Shown: piece by piece, positions 44,994 to 57,699 of the stretch
Numbering within the stretch: position 1 is the first letter of the stretch
Layout of the letters: each line of letters starts with the position of its first letter
Origin: Schizochytrium sp. TIO01
Lineage: Eukaryota; Protista; Bigyra: Labyrinthulomycetes
DNA: 64,000 nt
NCBI GenBank assembly: GCA_004764695.1
Contig: SMSO01000037.1
Location: forward strand, 4,688,747 to 4,752,746
Reading direction: 5' to 3'
Made by a program: the position numbers and the translations under genes
The notes under the pieces: model-generated
What the model was told of the DNA's origin: nothing
Databases searched by the model: none
The model's input: only the letters and a program-made list of their open reading frames with translations

Positions 44994-47900
44994 AGTTTCT
45001 AGAGTATCCTAGGTCTCAAATAATCAAGCGTGGTTCTTTGTCACAGGTTCTTTGTTTATGACTCGATCTGACAAGCCTTGATATCAGTTAGGGGTTTGCT
45101 TTGCTTCTGTTCTGAGTTTGCTTTCAAGTTTTCGTCCAGCGGGCCCAGCGCGGTACAATTAATGTTCCACATGGTACATTCAATACAATCTAGGATGGTC
45201 CTAGAGAGTCCTATCAGTATCATTTGCAGCCAGCACATAAGCCCGGACTGTAAGGAAACTACCTCCGGATCTATCTCTTAGAAAGTGTATTCTCGCAAAC
45301 TCTAATAGGTACTGCAAACAATGTTGGCTACCGAGATTGCCTATGGAGGTTCGTCAGAGAACGTCTACCCAGTAGTAGAATGGAAAACACTTTGTTTCTC
45401 TTTTTAATTTTCAGCCAAGGTACCCTACCTACTCACTTAGGCACGACTACCAGCACTCTCACTGGTCAGAGGTAAAAACTCAAGCCAAAACAATCATTAA
45501 TTGTATCACCAGTAACAAGATTCTAAATTCTAGTGAGGGAGTTCGTTCCACAGAAGCAGCGTAGGCACTAATCAAGCTGTTCGTCCTATGCGATGAAATG
45601 GGTTGAAGCTCTTGCTGACCAGGTAGATGATACCTATCGTCATGACGGTACCCACACCGTCAGATTTATACTGGTAATAACATCATACTCCAAGTCTTTT
45701 CCAAGTTCTTTTCAGTTGAAAAAAAATCTTGTTGTCCCAGGTTCCAGCCTGAGAGGAAAGTTACAAGAGTCCAATAGCTGCAATGGTCATCATTTGCCTC
45801 ACTTTAAGGTGGCTCCCGAGGAGTATCGTGCACTACACGCATTGCTCAACATGATCGTAGGCAGTCACTAGTTCACAATCTATTTTTCGCACTTGCCTGG
45901 ATTGACAGGTAATTTTGCTCTGGAATACTCGTTTTTTAGAACCTTTAGCAGTTCACCTAGCGAGATCTTTGCGAACGAAGAAACTGCGCTTGAAACTTAT
46001 GGTCAAGACGATAGAAAAGTTCGAGACGGGAACCTAGTAGTATATATTTGTGCTCCGCCCTTTTACTAAAAGGGATCGACAGGGAGAGTTGGCCAGACCG
46101 CCTTCAAACCAGATGCGCTGGTTTTCTACTCAGGATTCAGCCCTCAGGAAAGATCCTGCCCAGAATGCAATCATAGACATACAAGTAATTCCAAGCCAAA
46201 GAAAACGAGGTGAGTTAATGCTTCAATGTGAATTAAAGGAAGAGACCAACTTAAAGGTGAGTACTTCTAAGACCCTGTGTTTTTCTAAGATTGTATTTCG
46301 AAAGCTCATGTCGCCGTCTTGCAATAAACGCTGGTAGCAAAATGCAACTTCTGCTACGGAATTGAGATGCGCAGATCAGAGTTTCCCTAATGAATGCCAT
46401 ACCTGCCCAGGCACTATATATTTTAGCGTTTCTTCGTGGATATCAAGTGGGGTGTCATGGAATCTCTCGTTCGACTTACAAGTAATTTTGAGCAACGCAT
46501 ACTCAGGCGTTGGCGCCCTCAGTAGAACTCACTATTCCTCAACTTAAGGTATACTATAGTATAATATGTATGCACTTTAGAGGTTCTCGACAGACTTGAA
46601 CCTTTCATTTTAATACAGCCTTAGCCAAAGTTAAAATTTGCTTTTGGCACTTTACGCTGTCTCGTGTTGGCATAGTGGCGCGCACTCCTGCATTGCGAGT
46701 GTTCCTTTGCGAGTTCAACTCGAGCCAAACACACAACAAATTTTGTTTCTAGTACAACTTACGGCGCGAGCAAAGAGCTTCTAACAGTCTTTCTTTGGCC
46801 ATCAAAGCAGCAACTGAGGCAGTTTGCAAGATTCTAGACCTGGTTCTGTGAAACCCTCTCCAGTTCAGCCATATTATCTGAACTGCAGTTCCTACTGATC
46901 GCATAGCATATAGAGAGAGCGAGCAGTTTCTGCTATACAAAATTGGGAACATCCTACCTATGTGTGAAGAGATGCACCATGATAAACATGACAGCTTTTA
47001 CTCTGTACCTACTGCTGCTAGGAGGTAGTAGAACAAGTTCTTTGTTTTTAAGGCTTGTTATATTGTCCATACTTTAGGAAGCGATCTTATAGGCTGTTCC
47101 TGAGTTCTGTTATCTTGAAGCTTCAACTGATTGCCTCTCTAGAGCTAGATACCTTGGTACCTCTCTAGGTGCCTGTAAAGTGTGCATAAAGAAGAAAAAA
47201 GCCTCCGAATTAATCAATTCCAGTTTGAGGCGACACATAGGAAATAAGTAGTAGTAGGTACTACATTTTTTATTATTTTCCCCCATATTTTTAATTTTAT
47301 TTTATTCAAAATAAAAATACAATTCAGATATAAATGCTTTATTTTGCTCCCTATCACTTTGGAATCTCCTGTGGCCGGCTCGCTCTCATACAACGGAAGC
47401 AGCGAACCTGATGCTAACATATCTCCAGCTCAGTGTGCCATCGCCACACGTAACAACATTCTAATTACTTACTAGTCTTCGCGCTCATGACTGGGCATCA
47501 GTGAGCACCAGCTTTATCCTCAATCAAAAAAAAAGCCCAGGTTATAACACTTGGAACTTTGAGAGGGGGCCCGAAGTTCCCGAGATTTTAGACCTGGGTA
47601 TTTTCAAAGGAAACACAGCTTTATTGTGAAGTGGTAGCAGCGCATAGGCTTATAATCGGCATATTCTGCCAATGCTGAGGAGCTCGAGACTAAAATAAAG
47701 CTGGTCTACTAATGATCATGGTTCAATGCATGCTCAAGAATAATTTTGTGGCATGTCTTTCTAAATAAACCTTATATCCATTCAGACCTACCTGCGAAGC
47801 GCCGTAGAGTCCAACGTGGACACAAACACACGCTCTGAAATAAAACTGGCAACCCTGGCATAAAATCTGTATTCAGACAGAGTGTATGCTGGCTCCTTTC

Positions 47901-48238
47901 TGGAGGGTGCACGTTCTCCATGTGCAACTCTTACAAGCAACCAACGTGTTCCTAAACTTGCTTGTAACGTATACTTCTCTACATCAATAGTACGTAGGTG
48001 AATCATTCTATAGCTCATCGAGGCATTTCCTTTCTACTTGTCTATCTTCTCTATATTATTTGAAAGTGAGTTACTTTCGCAAATGAATGAGAAACACTTC
48101 CACTATATTTTATTCTGAATTTAAAGCATATACTGGCGAAGTTCTTGTTAAATTCAATATTCTATTTGGCATTATTTACAAAGATGAAGAAGAAATACAA
48201 TAACAGAAAAGTAAGACTTCAAGAAAGTAGACCTAAGG

Positions 48239-49417
48239 TTACCTTGATCTTGTAGGTGGGGAAGCCATAGTGGCAGCATTTTCGAGGCGAGCATTTTCAA
48301 GGAAATCAAGCGCCACGCGGTGCATAAAACAGCCTTGGCCAAAAATCCCTTCTCGATAAGCAACGTGAGACCCATGCTGAGTTAGACAGATGGAATAGTT
48401 CTCAGTTTTTGTGGCAATGTCATAGCGGATATTTTCCTCTACACAGAGAGGATCATCAAGGGCATTCAGAATCAGACACGGGATTTTTGAGCCAGAGTAG
48501 TGTTCCATCGGATTCGAAGCAACCAGGTACTCTTTCAGGTCCGAGTATCCAGCAAATCGAACATGGGCCTCCACAAATTCTTGCACTGATGTGCTCTCAA
48601 GACATTGCTGGAATCCTAATTCTCCTCGTAGAAGCTCCTTATTCGGAGTGATAAAAAAGTGCTTCAAACCCCATAAAAGAAAGCCTGCTAAGCGAGGGCT
48701 ACGGGATTGAAAATTTATAAATGCCTCTTCGATATTGTATGCAGGACAGAGGGAAACCGCAGCCTGCACTGGGCTGTTTTCAGGCTGTTGGCCAATATAA
48801 GAAACAATTTGGCCAGATCCAGCGGAGATGCCACAGGCTCCAATGAAACACGCGGTGGGAAAAAGCTCTTGAACACAACCCACCATCCGATGCGTGTCAT
48901 CAACGCAGCCCATTATATTAAATTTCGGGTTCGCAAGCGTTCCCATATGGCCGCGGCGTAATAAAACGCAAGCCCTCCAACCCTTGTAGTATGCATACTT
49001 CGCAAATTCAACCTCGTCATCAGTGCGACCCGTGATGGTGTGCAGAATCAGTAGGATTGGGGCGTCTGGAGGTAGTTCATGTTGACCTTTCGGGGCATGA
49101 AATACATCGACGGCTACTTCGCCTCCATCTTGACATTTCACAATATTGCGATCAAACCTTAGACTCCCAGCATGGTACGCTTTCCATAGCGTGTGAGGTA
49201 TAAACTGGGCGTAAGTTCCGTGAGCCCAGCATACGGGCCAAAAGCGCTCCTTCAATGTCTGCATGCGCTGGAGGATTCTTCCCATTCGCTCATCGCCGGG
49301 ATGGTGTAGAACTTTGCATTTTCCATGCAGCCAGCCTTTTCGAACTACACCATCTAAGCAGTACAGCAGTGCGGCAGCTGCAAGTCCTCGGCGGAGTAGT
49401 GCGCACTGATTCTGCAT
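48239..49417 (-). CDS. Alpha/beta hydrolase, ABHD1/2/3 (YheT/Eht1) family
   Basis: DGGEVAVD, nucleophile elbow GISAG, LNALDDP (Asp), GSHVAY (His). Confidence 0.87.
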   Translation of the reverse strand: MQNQCALLRRGLAAAALLYCLDGVVRKGWLHGKCKVLHHPGDERMGRILQRMQTLKERFWPVCWAHGTYAQFIPHTLWKAYHAGSLRFDRNIVKCQDGGEVAVDVFHAPKGQHELPPDAPILLILHTITGRTDDEVEFAKYAYYKGWRACVLLRRGHMGTLANPKFNIMGCVDDTHRMVGCVQELFPTACFIGACGISAGSGQIVSYIGQQPENSPVQAAVSLCPAYNIEEAFINFQSRSPRLAGFLLWGLKHFFITPNKELLRGELGFQQCLESTSVQEFVEAHVRFAGYSDLKEYLVASNPMEHYSGSKIPCLILNALDDPLCVEENIRYDIATKTENYSICLTQHGSHVAYREGIFGQGCFMHRVALDFLENARLENAATMASPPTRSR

Positions 49418-50167
49418 GGTTCACGCAGACCTCGGGTTCTTGAGTTCTTCGAAAACAGAGCCTTATTACTGGCTAGTTGCTCTGGAAAGATAACAGAATA
49501 TACCAAGGCCGAATCAACACTGCTTGACCTCGAGCCCACGTGAGTTTGCAGGACCACTATTCCTCGACTTTCAATCAAGCCTCTTCAGTCTTAAGACCAG
49601 TGCCATGATGACGTATTAAAAAGATACTAATGGAAGTACCTAGTAGTACAACTAACTACCTACACCGTAAAATTGTCTAAAACTTATTTTAGTTGAAAAT
49701 TTCAGTCGTCCTGTTTGGGGAATTTAGTATCCGTTGGACATGACCACACTACTCACATGGTTTATGTTCTTACTCTCTATTTTACTATACTATCAAGTAG
49801 TCCTGGACTTGCAGTATGACAGGTCAGAGTAATGCACACTTGCGCTATTAGAAACGGCGTCGTAGCAACGTTCTAATTTTGTGGAAAAGTAGTCTCCCGT
49901 TTGTTGTGCTACAATTAAACTGTCTGCTGCTAGTTACCTTGAAAGCCTCAGTAGTTGAGACTGAAGGCCCTTTCTCAAGGAAAGTGGTACACCAAAGCGA
50001 AAGGCGTGGTTGTTTGACTACAGTTGCAGAAAGACAGAGCACAGGAGTGCAGGGGTTTGTTTGATTCGAGGTACCAAGAAACTCTGGATTCTTCGCACAT
50101 AGGCTTCGTACTTTGGAAAACCAGAAGTAGCACTATTATCTAATAGGTTGGCAAAACATTTACGAGT

Positions 50168-52908
50168 ATGGCGGACCCTCGTATGGAGGCTTGCCAAGAA
50201 GCCTATGATGCGGCCCTTGGGAAGCTCGAGGGTATGGACCGCTTGAGATCTGAGTTCGACAAAATGTGGAAAGCATTAACCAAGTCTCACGAGAGTAATC
50301 AAAAACTCTTACACAAAACCTCCGAGCTCGAGAGTGAGATCTTGCTTCAGTCTGAAAAGGTACAGCGAGCGAAATCAGAAGAGGAGCTCCAGCAGCTTGA
50401 AAAAAAGGACCTTCAGGAGGAGATTGAGAAGCACCATCGCGAAATTGGCATGCAGAAACAGCTTCATCGTGAGCAAACTGCCAAACTTGAAGAGCTTATG
50501 ACTTCAATTCAAGAGCTTGAGGAGCTCGTTGATGTAGGCTCAGGGTGGACACCAGAACAGGAGAAAAAACTCGCACAAATACAGAAAAAGCAAGTTGATC
50601 TTGAGCACCTTTTAGAGCAGAAATTGTCCAAGTTGCAAACAAGTAGACAGGACGTTGAAGTTATTAGCGAGACAGTAGCAAAGGCAGAAGCAGACCGAGA
50701 TGCTCTAGAGGAGGAGATTGCTGAACTTCGTTCTCAGGTAGAAGATAATGAGCGAAGCTGCAAGGAATCCCAGCTTCGAAGAGACCGGGTAGATGCAGAA
50801 CTTAGAACCCTCAAAGCGGATGTGGAGCGATATCAGCTGGAGCTAAATGCAAAAGAAGGACGGGTCAAAGATGGCGAAGCAGAAATTGAGGCGCTGGAAA
50901 ACAAACTGAAGGCCGCCAAGTTAAAGATGGAGCATTACTTAAACGAGTATGATAGCTTGTTCAACAAACTCAAAGATACACTGGGGCATTAGATGATCAA
51001 ACTCGCATTAATAAATTTCTCACGGAGGAGCTCGGAAAGCGCAAAGATGATATTGAAATTAAGAGAAATGAGGCCAAGGCTGTGCGCAAGGAAATGGACG
51101 GTGTTAAGCGAATGATGGAGCATGCTGAAAAGCGCATTGCAGAAACCGACGCCTTGAGAGAGAAAGCAGAGGCGAATCGGCTTCAGATTAAGGAACGCAC
51201 ACAAACTATGGAACGAGAGATCAAAATTGCACGAAAGGAAAACGATACTCTTCAGCGCCAAGTTGACGATCTAGTCAAGGAGCGAGAAGTTCTTAACAAG
51301 ACACTAATGAAGGCAGAAGACCGCACCAAGCAAATTCATGACCTCATTGCGATGTACAACAACACGAAGCGTAACTTGGAGAATGAAATTCAAGGGTACA
51401 AAGGTGATGCTATCATTGAGCGTCAAGGGATTGAAGCTCTTGAAGAGGATGTACAAAAATACGAAAAAGAAGCGGCGATGGAGTCTCAGCGTTTTGCTAA
51501 TGCGCAGGAAGAGGTTCGCTTACAAGATGCTAGAGTTTCAGAATTACAAAAGCGGATTGCTGAAGGCGAGGCCAAACTGAAGCAGCAACAAAACTTATAT
51601 GAAGCTGTTCGCTCTGATCGTAACTTGTATTCAAAGAACCTAATTGATGCTCAAGAGGAGATTGCAGAAATGAAACGCAAGTTCAAGATCATGAACCACC
51701 AAATTGAGCAATTAAAGGAAGAAATTACGGGCAAAGATCATTCATTGGTAAAAGAGCACTTTGCCCACCAAAAGGTTGAGAAAGAAAAGGAACAGCTCAA
51801 AAATGAACTTACTAAGATTAGGAAACAGACACAGTCTTCAGAGCAAATCATCACCAACCAAGAATCTGAGATTCAGAAACTTACACAAATTATGCGTGAG
51901 GCCGAGGAAGAGCGTATGCGTCAGGAAAAAGAGTACCGAGCAATTATTAGTGAAAGAGACATTCTTGGTTCTCAACTAATCAGAAGAAACGAGGAGCTGG
52001 CTTCGCTTTACGAGAAAATCAAGCTACAGATGTCCTCTCTACGAAAGGGCGAAGGGCAATTTAATGCCATGTCATTAGATTTGCGTAAACTTCAGCGCTC
52101 ACTTCGCTCCTTACATCGTGAACGCAAGAAGCTTACGGAACAAGTCTCAGGTATTCCAGAGCTTGAGACTGAGATTATCCGTCTCGAGCGTGAAATTGTG
52201 CAAGAGCGATCTAAAGTTAAAGCATTATCAGATGAGATGGAACGACCTCTGAATGTGCATCGTTGGCGCAAGCTTGAGAGTTCTGACCCAGAAAGATTTG
52301 CACTTATTAAAAAAATCCAATCTCTTCAAGTCAAGTTGATTGAAAAAACTGAAGAAGTAGCCTTGAAGGCCAAACAAATTGAAGAGAAAGAGAAACTGTA
52401 TGTCGAGCTCAAAAATGTTCTGGCTCGTCAACCTGGTCCAGAGGTTGCTGAACAACTTATTGTTTACCAACAAAACCTCAAAGACAAGCACCGCCAAATT
52501 AAGGAAATGGAAGCCGACTTGGATAGCCATCGTGCCAAGGTGAACGAGTTTAAATTTGAGATTGATGCACTGAACCATCAAATGCATAAACTCAAGAAGG
52601 AGTACATTCGTAAGAATCTGCGAAGCTTGCGTTATCAGGAAGGTGATGAGTCCGACGATGAAAACCAGTCTGATTCAAGTTCTGACTCTGATTCTGATGA
52701 CAGTGACTCTGACGAGTCTACAAGTTCCTCGTCTTCCTCTTCGTCTCGATCGTCTTCCAGGTCCTCTCGAGCAGAGAAGGAAGAATCGATGGCTTCCCCA
52801 GGATCATCCAAAAAAAGTAAGTCTATCATAATTGAAAATTTGGAGACCAAGACAAATCAGGAAGGCTCAGAAAACCAGGAAGAGGAAAAGGATATTGAAA
52901 TTCCTTGA
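50168..52908 (+). CDS. CFAP58: Cilia- and flagella-associated protein 58, split by an apparent 1-nt deletion near 50965
   Basis: Coiled coil with YEAVRSDRNLYSKNL, ERDILGSQLIRRNEEL, PLNVHRWRKLE, LARQPGPE; ORFs 50168..50992 and 51082..52908 join in the -1 frame. Confidence 0.88.
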
Positions 52909-53656
52909 ATCACCTGATTCTATAGAGTATATCTGTTTTGCATTTCTGATAAATCCTTCTGTTTAGTGCTAGAATAATAATATGGTTCCGTTTAATGTTG
53001 TAATGATTAGTTTACAAGAAGCTCTTATCTGTACAATATATCGAAAATCAAATATGGGAGATACAACTGTTCTGAAATGGTAAAGGCCGTACATTTATTT
53101 AAATAAAAAAATAGCAAACGGAATCGCTTGGGCTTGCTTTCAAGATATTTATTCTTATATATACATTTGAAAGTGAAAAATGCCTCTCATTTATTTTTGT
53201 ACTCAGTTAATTTGGACCTTAAACATTTCAGAGTTCCACATATCTAAGCCTTTTTTTTGTTTCTCAAAGAATACGATTCATATCGTAGGTTTGCGTCGGG
53301 GTTATATATTTTACAAACGTAGGATAAGGAATACCAAATTTAATCTCATCTAAACTATCAGACGTGACATAGAGTTAAATTCTTATAGTTTGTACCAACG
53401 ATGGGCTCGGAGGAGCTAAAACAATACACTTTCCCCTAAAACGGAGCATAGGAATGCCTGGTGCCTGCGCCCGATGATATAGATAATAATGAGTTCTTTG
53501 AACCATTACAGCCATGTGCTGTAGTCTCAGAGCCTACACTGGAGTATATTACGGATTGTAAGTTTAGTTAAGAAACTAGGGCATCAATGGATGCGGAGAG
53601 TCAGCATGGTCCTCTATTAAACATGAATGGGGTGTCATATAGGCCGACCGTTTCGT

Positions 53657-55288
53657 TTAAACTTGTGAAGGGCTCGTAGGAGCTGGCATAGACTTCACCG
53701 AGGCAGCTGCGAATCTTTCTGAAATTGTCTTTGTATAGGCATACCAGTCCTTACGAACAACTGCCAAAAGGAGAAGTGAGTCGAGAAGCAAGTAAATTGC
53801 TGGCATTGCTTCCCATACGCCAAGAATACCAAGATCGAGGTATTTGAACATGTAGAAAATAAAAGGGATACCGATTATCCACAAAGACACCAAAACAGCC
53901 CATGACATCGCATACTGCAAAGAAAGGGCTCGGATGAGGCCCATAAATACACCCAGCTGGGCATCCATATTAAAAAAGAAACACACCCATGGCCATATGG
54001 TATTCGCCAGCTCGATGACCTCTGGGTCAGATGTGAAGGCACTGATAATATGATCACGTAACGAGTACGCAACAATTGAGTTGATGGCAACTATGGAACA
54101 GCAGGCGAAAACAGCAATAGTAGACACCTTCTTTGCAACACGAACCTTTCCTACAGCTAGGAGCTGGCCGATCTGTGATGAAAGACCGATACAAAAGCCT
54201 AGTGGTACCATGAAGGACAAAGGGATAAGGGAGTACGCAATGGTGTGCGCCGCAAGGCCTACTGTACCTGCTTGGCCACATACAAAGCAAACAAGCTCCC
54301 AGAACCACCATTCTGAGTTAGACATAATCCCAGGTAATCCGAGACGCAACACAAGCCACGCACCAGACTTGTCAAATAGAACTTTGCGCCAGAATTCGAA
54401 TGTCATAGCTTGCGGAAACGTTAAAGGGTGGTGTTGATCTCCATATAAAAACAACAGGATAATCAGCAGAGAGAGGGTTGTCATTGATGCAACATGTGCC
54501 ATGGGTAGACCATTGAAACCATATCCCATCTCCTCCGCAAATAAATGCACATAAACTGGGTGGAGGAAAAGCACAGCTAGATAAATGAAAATGAAAGGGA
54601 CCGTGACGTTTTGCGCGCGGTAGAAACGAAGGGCACATTCATTGAAAACGAGGGCTGGGTAGCCGAAGGCATAAATGCTAAGAAATTCTTGAGCAAGACG
54701 AGCAGATTCCTCTGGTTGTCCGAGGAATACCAGCACTTGGTCAATGTATTTAATTAATGGGCCGACAGGAGTCAGCAAAACCAAACAAAGAAAGAAAGAC
54801 CGTGTGCAAATCTGCCCTACCTCTGGATAATGCTTCAGGCTGTATGCCTGAGGAGTCAGAGTCTCTGCAGCAGATAGAAAGCCCATTACAAGTGAGATGA
54901 CAACCAAGTTACCACTGAGGTTTGCGAGTGAGAAGCCTGCAAGTGAGGCTGTTCCGTAATGCAGACCAGTATATGTTGAGGTATATGTGAATTGGAGCAT
55001 ATAACACAATTGAATGACCACTGCTGGGAAAGCAAGCTTGCCGAACAACCGGAATTCATTAGCGATTGCTCCTGCGGTCGGTTCAGGGTCCTCCAAATGT
55101 CCATGCAAGGGGCCCGAGCTGGACTGCGATGATTCCTCCAAGTCCTCTAGATCCGCTTCTGCCTCATCAAGTGCCAGTGCTTCGAACTTAATGTCAGATT
55201 TCGGGTCCTCACGAGTAGCTAGAACTGGTCGCATAGCAGGTGACCCTCCTGACCGAGCCACCAGCTCCTGCTCTGATAAGTGTAACAT
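53657..55288 (-). CDS. MATE family multidrug/toxin efflux transporter
   Basis: Multiple TM helices; AETLTPQAY, RFYRAQN, SEWWFWE, MVPLGFCIGLSSQIGQLL, IISAFTSDPEV, LGILGVW. Confidence 0.92.
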   Translation of the reverse strand: MLHLSEQELVARSGGSPAMRPVLATREDPKSDIKFEALALDEAEADLEDLEESSQSSSGPLHGHLEDPEPTAGAIANEFRLFGKLAFPAVVIQLCYMLQFTYTSTYTGLHYGTASLAGFSLANLSGNLVVISLVMGFLSAAETLTPQAYSLKHYPEVGQICTRSFFLCLVLLTPVGPLIKYIDQVLVFLGQPEESARLAQEFLSIYAFGYPALVFNECALRFYRAQNVTVPFIFIYLAVLFLHPVYVHLFAEEMGYGFNGLPMAHVASMTTLSLLIILLFLYGDQHHPLTFPQAMTFEFWRKVLFDKSGAWLVLRLGLPGIMSNSEWWFWELVCFVCGQAGTVGLAAHTIAYSLIPLSFMVPLGFCIGLSSQIGQLLAVGKVRVAKKVSTIAVFACCSIVAINSIVAYSLRDHIISAFTSDPEVIELANTIWPWVCFFFNMDAQLGVFMGLIRALSLQYAMSWAVLVSLWIIGIPFIFYMFKYLDLGILGVWEAMPAIYLLLDSLLLLAVVRKDWYAYTKTISERFAAASVKSMPAPTSPSQV

Positions 55289-57699
55289 TTTTTCTTACAC
55301 GATCTATCAGCTTGCTTCTCCTCAATCGTGAAACGCCTTGGCCTGCAGCCGCAGACGCGGGATGGGTGGGATGGAACTCAATTCTGTTTTGCTGCAACCT
55401 CGAGCAAGGACTTCGATGACAATTGAATTTGCAGTAGCGTAGGTACCTAGATAGCCTAACTATCTTCTATAGAGGTAGCGTTTTTGCTTCATTTGGGTGT
55501 TCACGCATTGAATTTGTTACTTTCCCTTTTCTTGGTTCTTAGTTTGATTGGACTAGAACCACCTTGAAAGTGAGAAGCTATACAAGAAATACTTAACTCT
55601 TAACTCCGTTGCGTTGTTGGATAATCAGTTAAAAGCAGGTTCTCTGCAAGGCGCCCTGAAGATCGCGTGCCCTCCGCCAACAAGTCTTCAGCCACTCTCC
55701 GTGCCTAGATCGGACCAGCTTCGACTCGGCGAGACGCTCGTGGCCCACTCCAAAATCTCATCGGTAGGTAGCCTTCATTAAGAGAACTTCAGAAACTACT
55801 ACTACTACTATCGACTATGTCATTCTATCAAGCCAACTAGTAATAAAAATTAATTAAAAAGAAAACTGACATTCGTTTTAATTAATTATTTATTCATTAT
55901 AAATAAATAAAGAAAAAAGTAACGCTAGTCCTTTTTGTAATTGAGCACTATGACAATAAGATAAAATGTTATTATGCTATAAAAACTCGACTAGATTACA
56001 TTCTGGCGGGTGATTCGTTGAGACCGGACCCGGAAAGCCTGAACAATAAAGACCGACCTTGCACTAAGAACATGTCAGAGACGTTCCTATGATTGCAACT
56101 TTTGCTACATTATGACAAGAGTCGAGTTCATCTTTTGATGAACTGGTGCCGATTGTCGGCCCATTTAATCAGCCTTCGAATCTTTGGAGATGAAAGGAAA
56201 TACCTAGGACAAAATGAGATGAAAGAAGCGGCAGTTGGCCATCCAACAGACGACAAAATTAGTTAATTCTGTCGCGACGAGTATCGTACACCGTACCTGG
56301 AAATACTCCACCCCCACCTATCTTCTTCTTGTGCTTGGTAGTGCCTAAATATCTCTAAAATGATAGCCGACTGACTGTTTGCTCGTGGATCACTCCACGA
56401 ACAAAGCTCGCAAATAATCATCGTTCCGAGCGGCTTTGACGCAAGCTCCCTTCGCAAACAAAGGGAGGGCTTATGTAGACCGCGCAACGCGCACAACTCG
56501 TCACACATAACCTTGAAAATGCGGGGACCCTCCGAGGATGGCCTTCTCGCTAACTCGAACTCCAATCGAGCTGGTCTTGATGGAGATGAACCTCAAAGAC
56601 TCAATTTCTACATCGAAGAAGCTATTGCCCAAGGCAAAGTCAAGACCAAGAATATGACCTGAAGCGCTTCGGCGTCAACGATAGTTTAAATTAGTTCTCA
56701 AATTAGTATTACAAACAAACAACAAACAAACAAAGGTAGCAAGTAGGAACCTCTAGGTGCATGATGAGGACTACTAGCAACGCTCCAGTACACACCTTTA
56801 AATAAGAGACTTGTGGAAGGCTGTGAGAATAACTGGTAACCTCAAGCGTTAAAGACACCATATAGATTGGCTATGATTGAGAACGAAATTGGTAGGTACA
56901 CCTATTCGCGTAACTTAATTTGGGTCAAGTATTACATATCTTGTATTAGGGACGATCTTTAGTTTGGCTGGAGTGTAAGGAACAGGCGTGGAATGTGCCT
57001 TAATTAGTTACCAGTCATTTTAGTGCATCTGTGAGTAGCTCGCTCATGGCGCGCGTTGAAGTTCGAGAGGTTTTGCACAATGAGAAAGCAAACTGCATCT
57101 GCATACCGTGGGTTATTACTGCTAGGCGCACCTGATTGTACAGATGAAGAAACTATCTTACAAGTTGAACATGTACATTTAATAGCAGATAATAAAAACC
57201 AACAGACTTTAACTTAGGGAAGCCAAAGAATTGAGTGGATAGAACCCTTAAGTTCTCCTCAAGTTGTATTATTATACTATGAATGAATCCAAAGTTCTAG
57301 TGCTGGTCCCAGGGAAAGGCTGAAACGTATTTCTAATTAAGCAATTGTTAGTCAATATCTTGAAGAACGTTTCTCCATTGTAGGGAGAGAATCGCTCCTA
57401 CTGAAGGTGTCTCCCGGAATCGCTTAAGCACGCGCAATATAAGAACAAGCTTGAAACAATCGTAAATTCTTACAGTTAGTTTGGCTGTCACTCGCTGTGG
57501 TTTATATCACATCTAACGTCACCTTCTTGCAAGCCTCAGCATACCTATGCAGCGCCCGAATGATGCATCTAAATGCGATTGGTGACTGCTCTCTACAAAG
57601 GGAATTCAATCCCAAGTGTCTCAAAACGAAAAGTATTGATGCAAGTCATTGGCAATAAAAGCTAAGGAACACTTTTATTTTTTATTTTTTAAATCTGTA

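Noticed and set aside
45056-48100. Short ORFs between ABCA and ABHD
   Set aside because: No motifs or consistent frame; treated as intergenic or unrecognisably decayed sequence
38205-50992. Stop-codon readthrough or an alternative genetic code as the cause of split genes
   Set aside because: Downstream ORFs are in different frames, and intact genes end normally at TAA, TAG and TGA
56213-56661. Plus-strand frame of about 150 codons with three internal stops
   Set aside because: Too weak to distinguish from chance without a homology search
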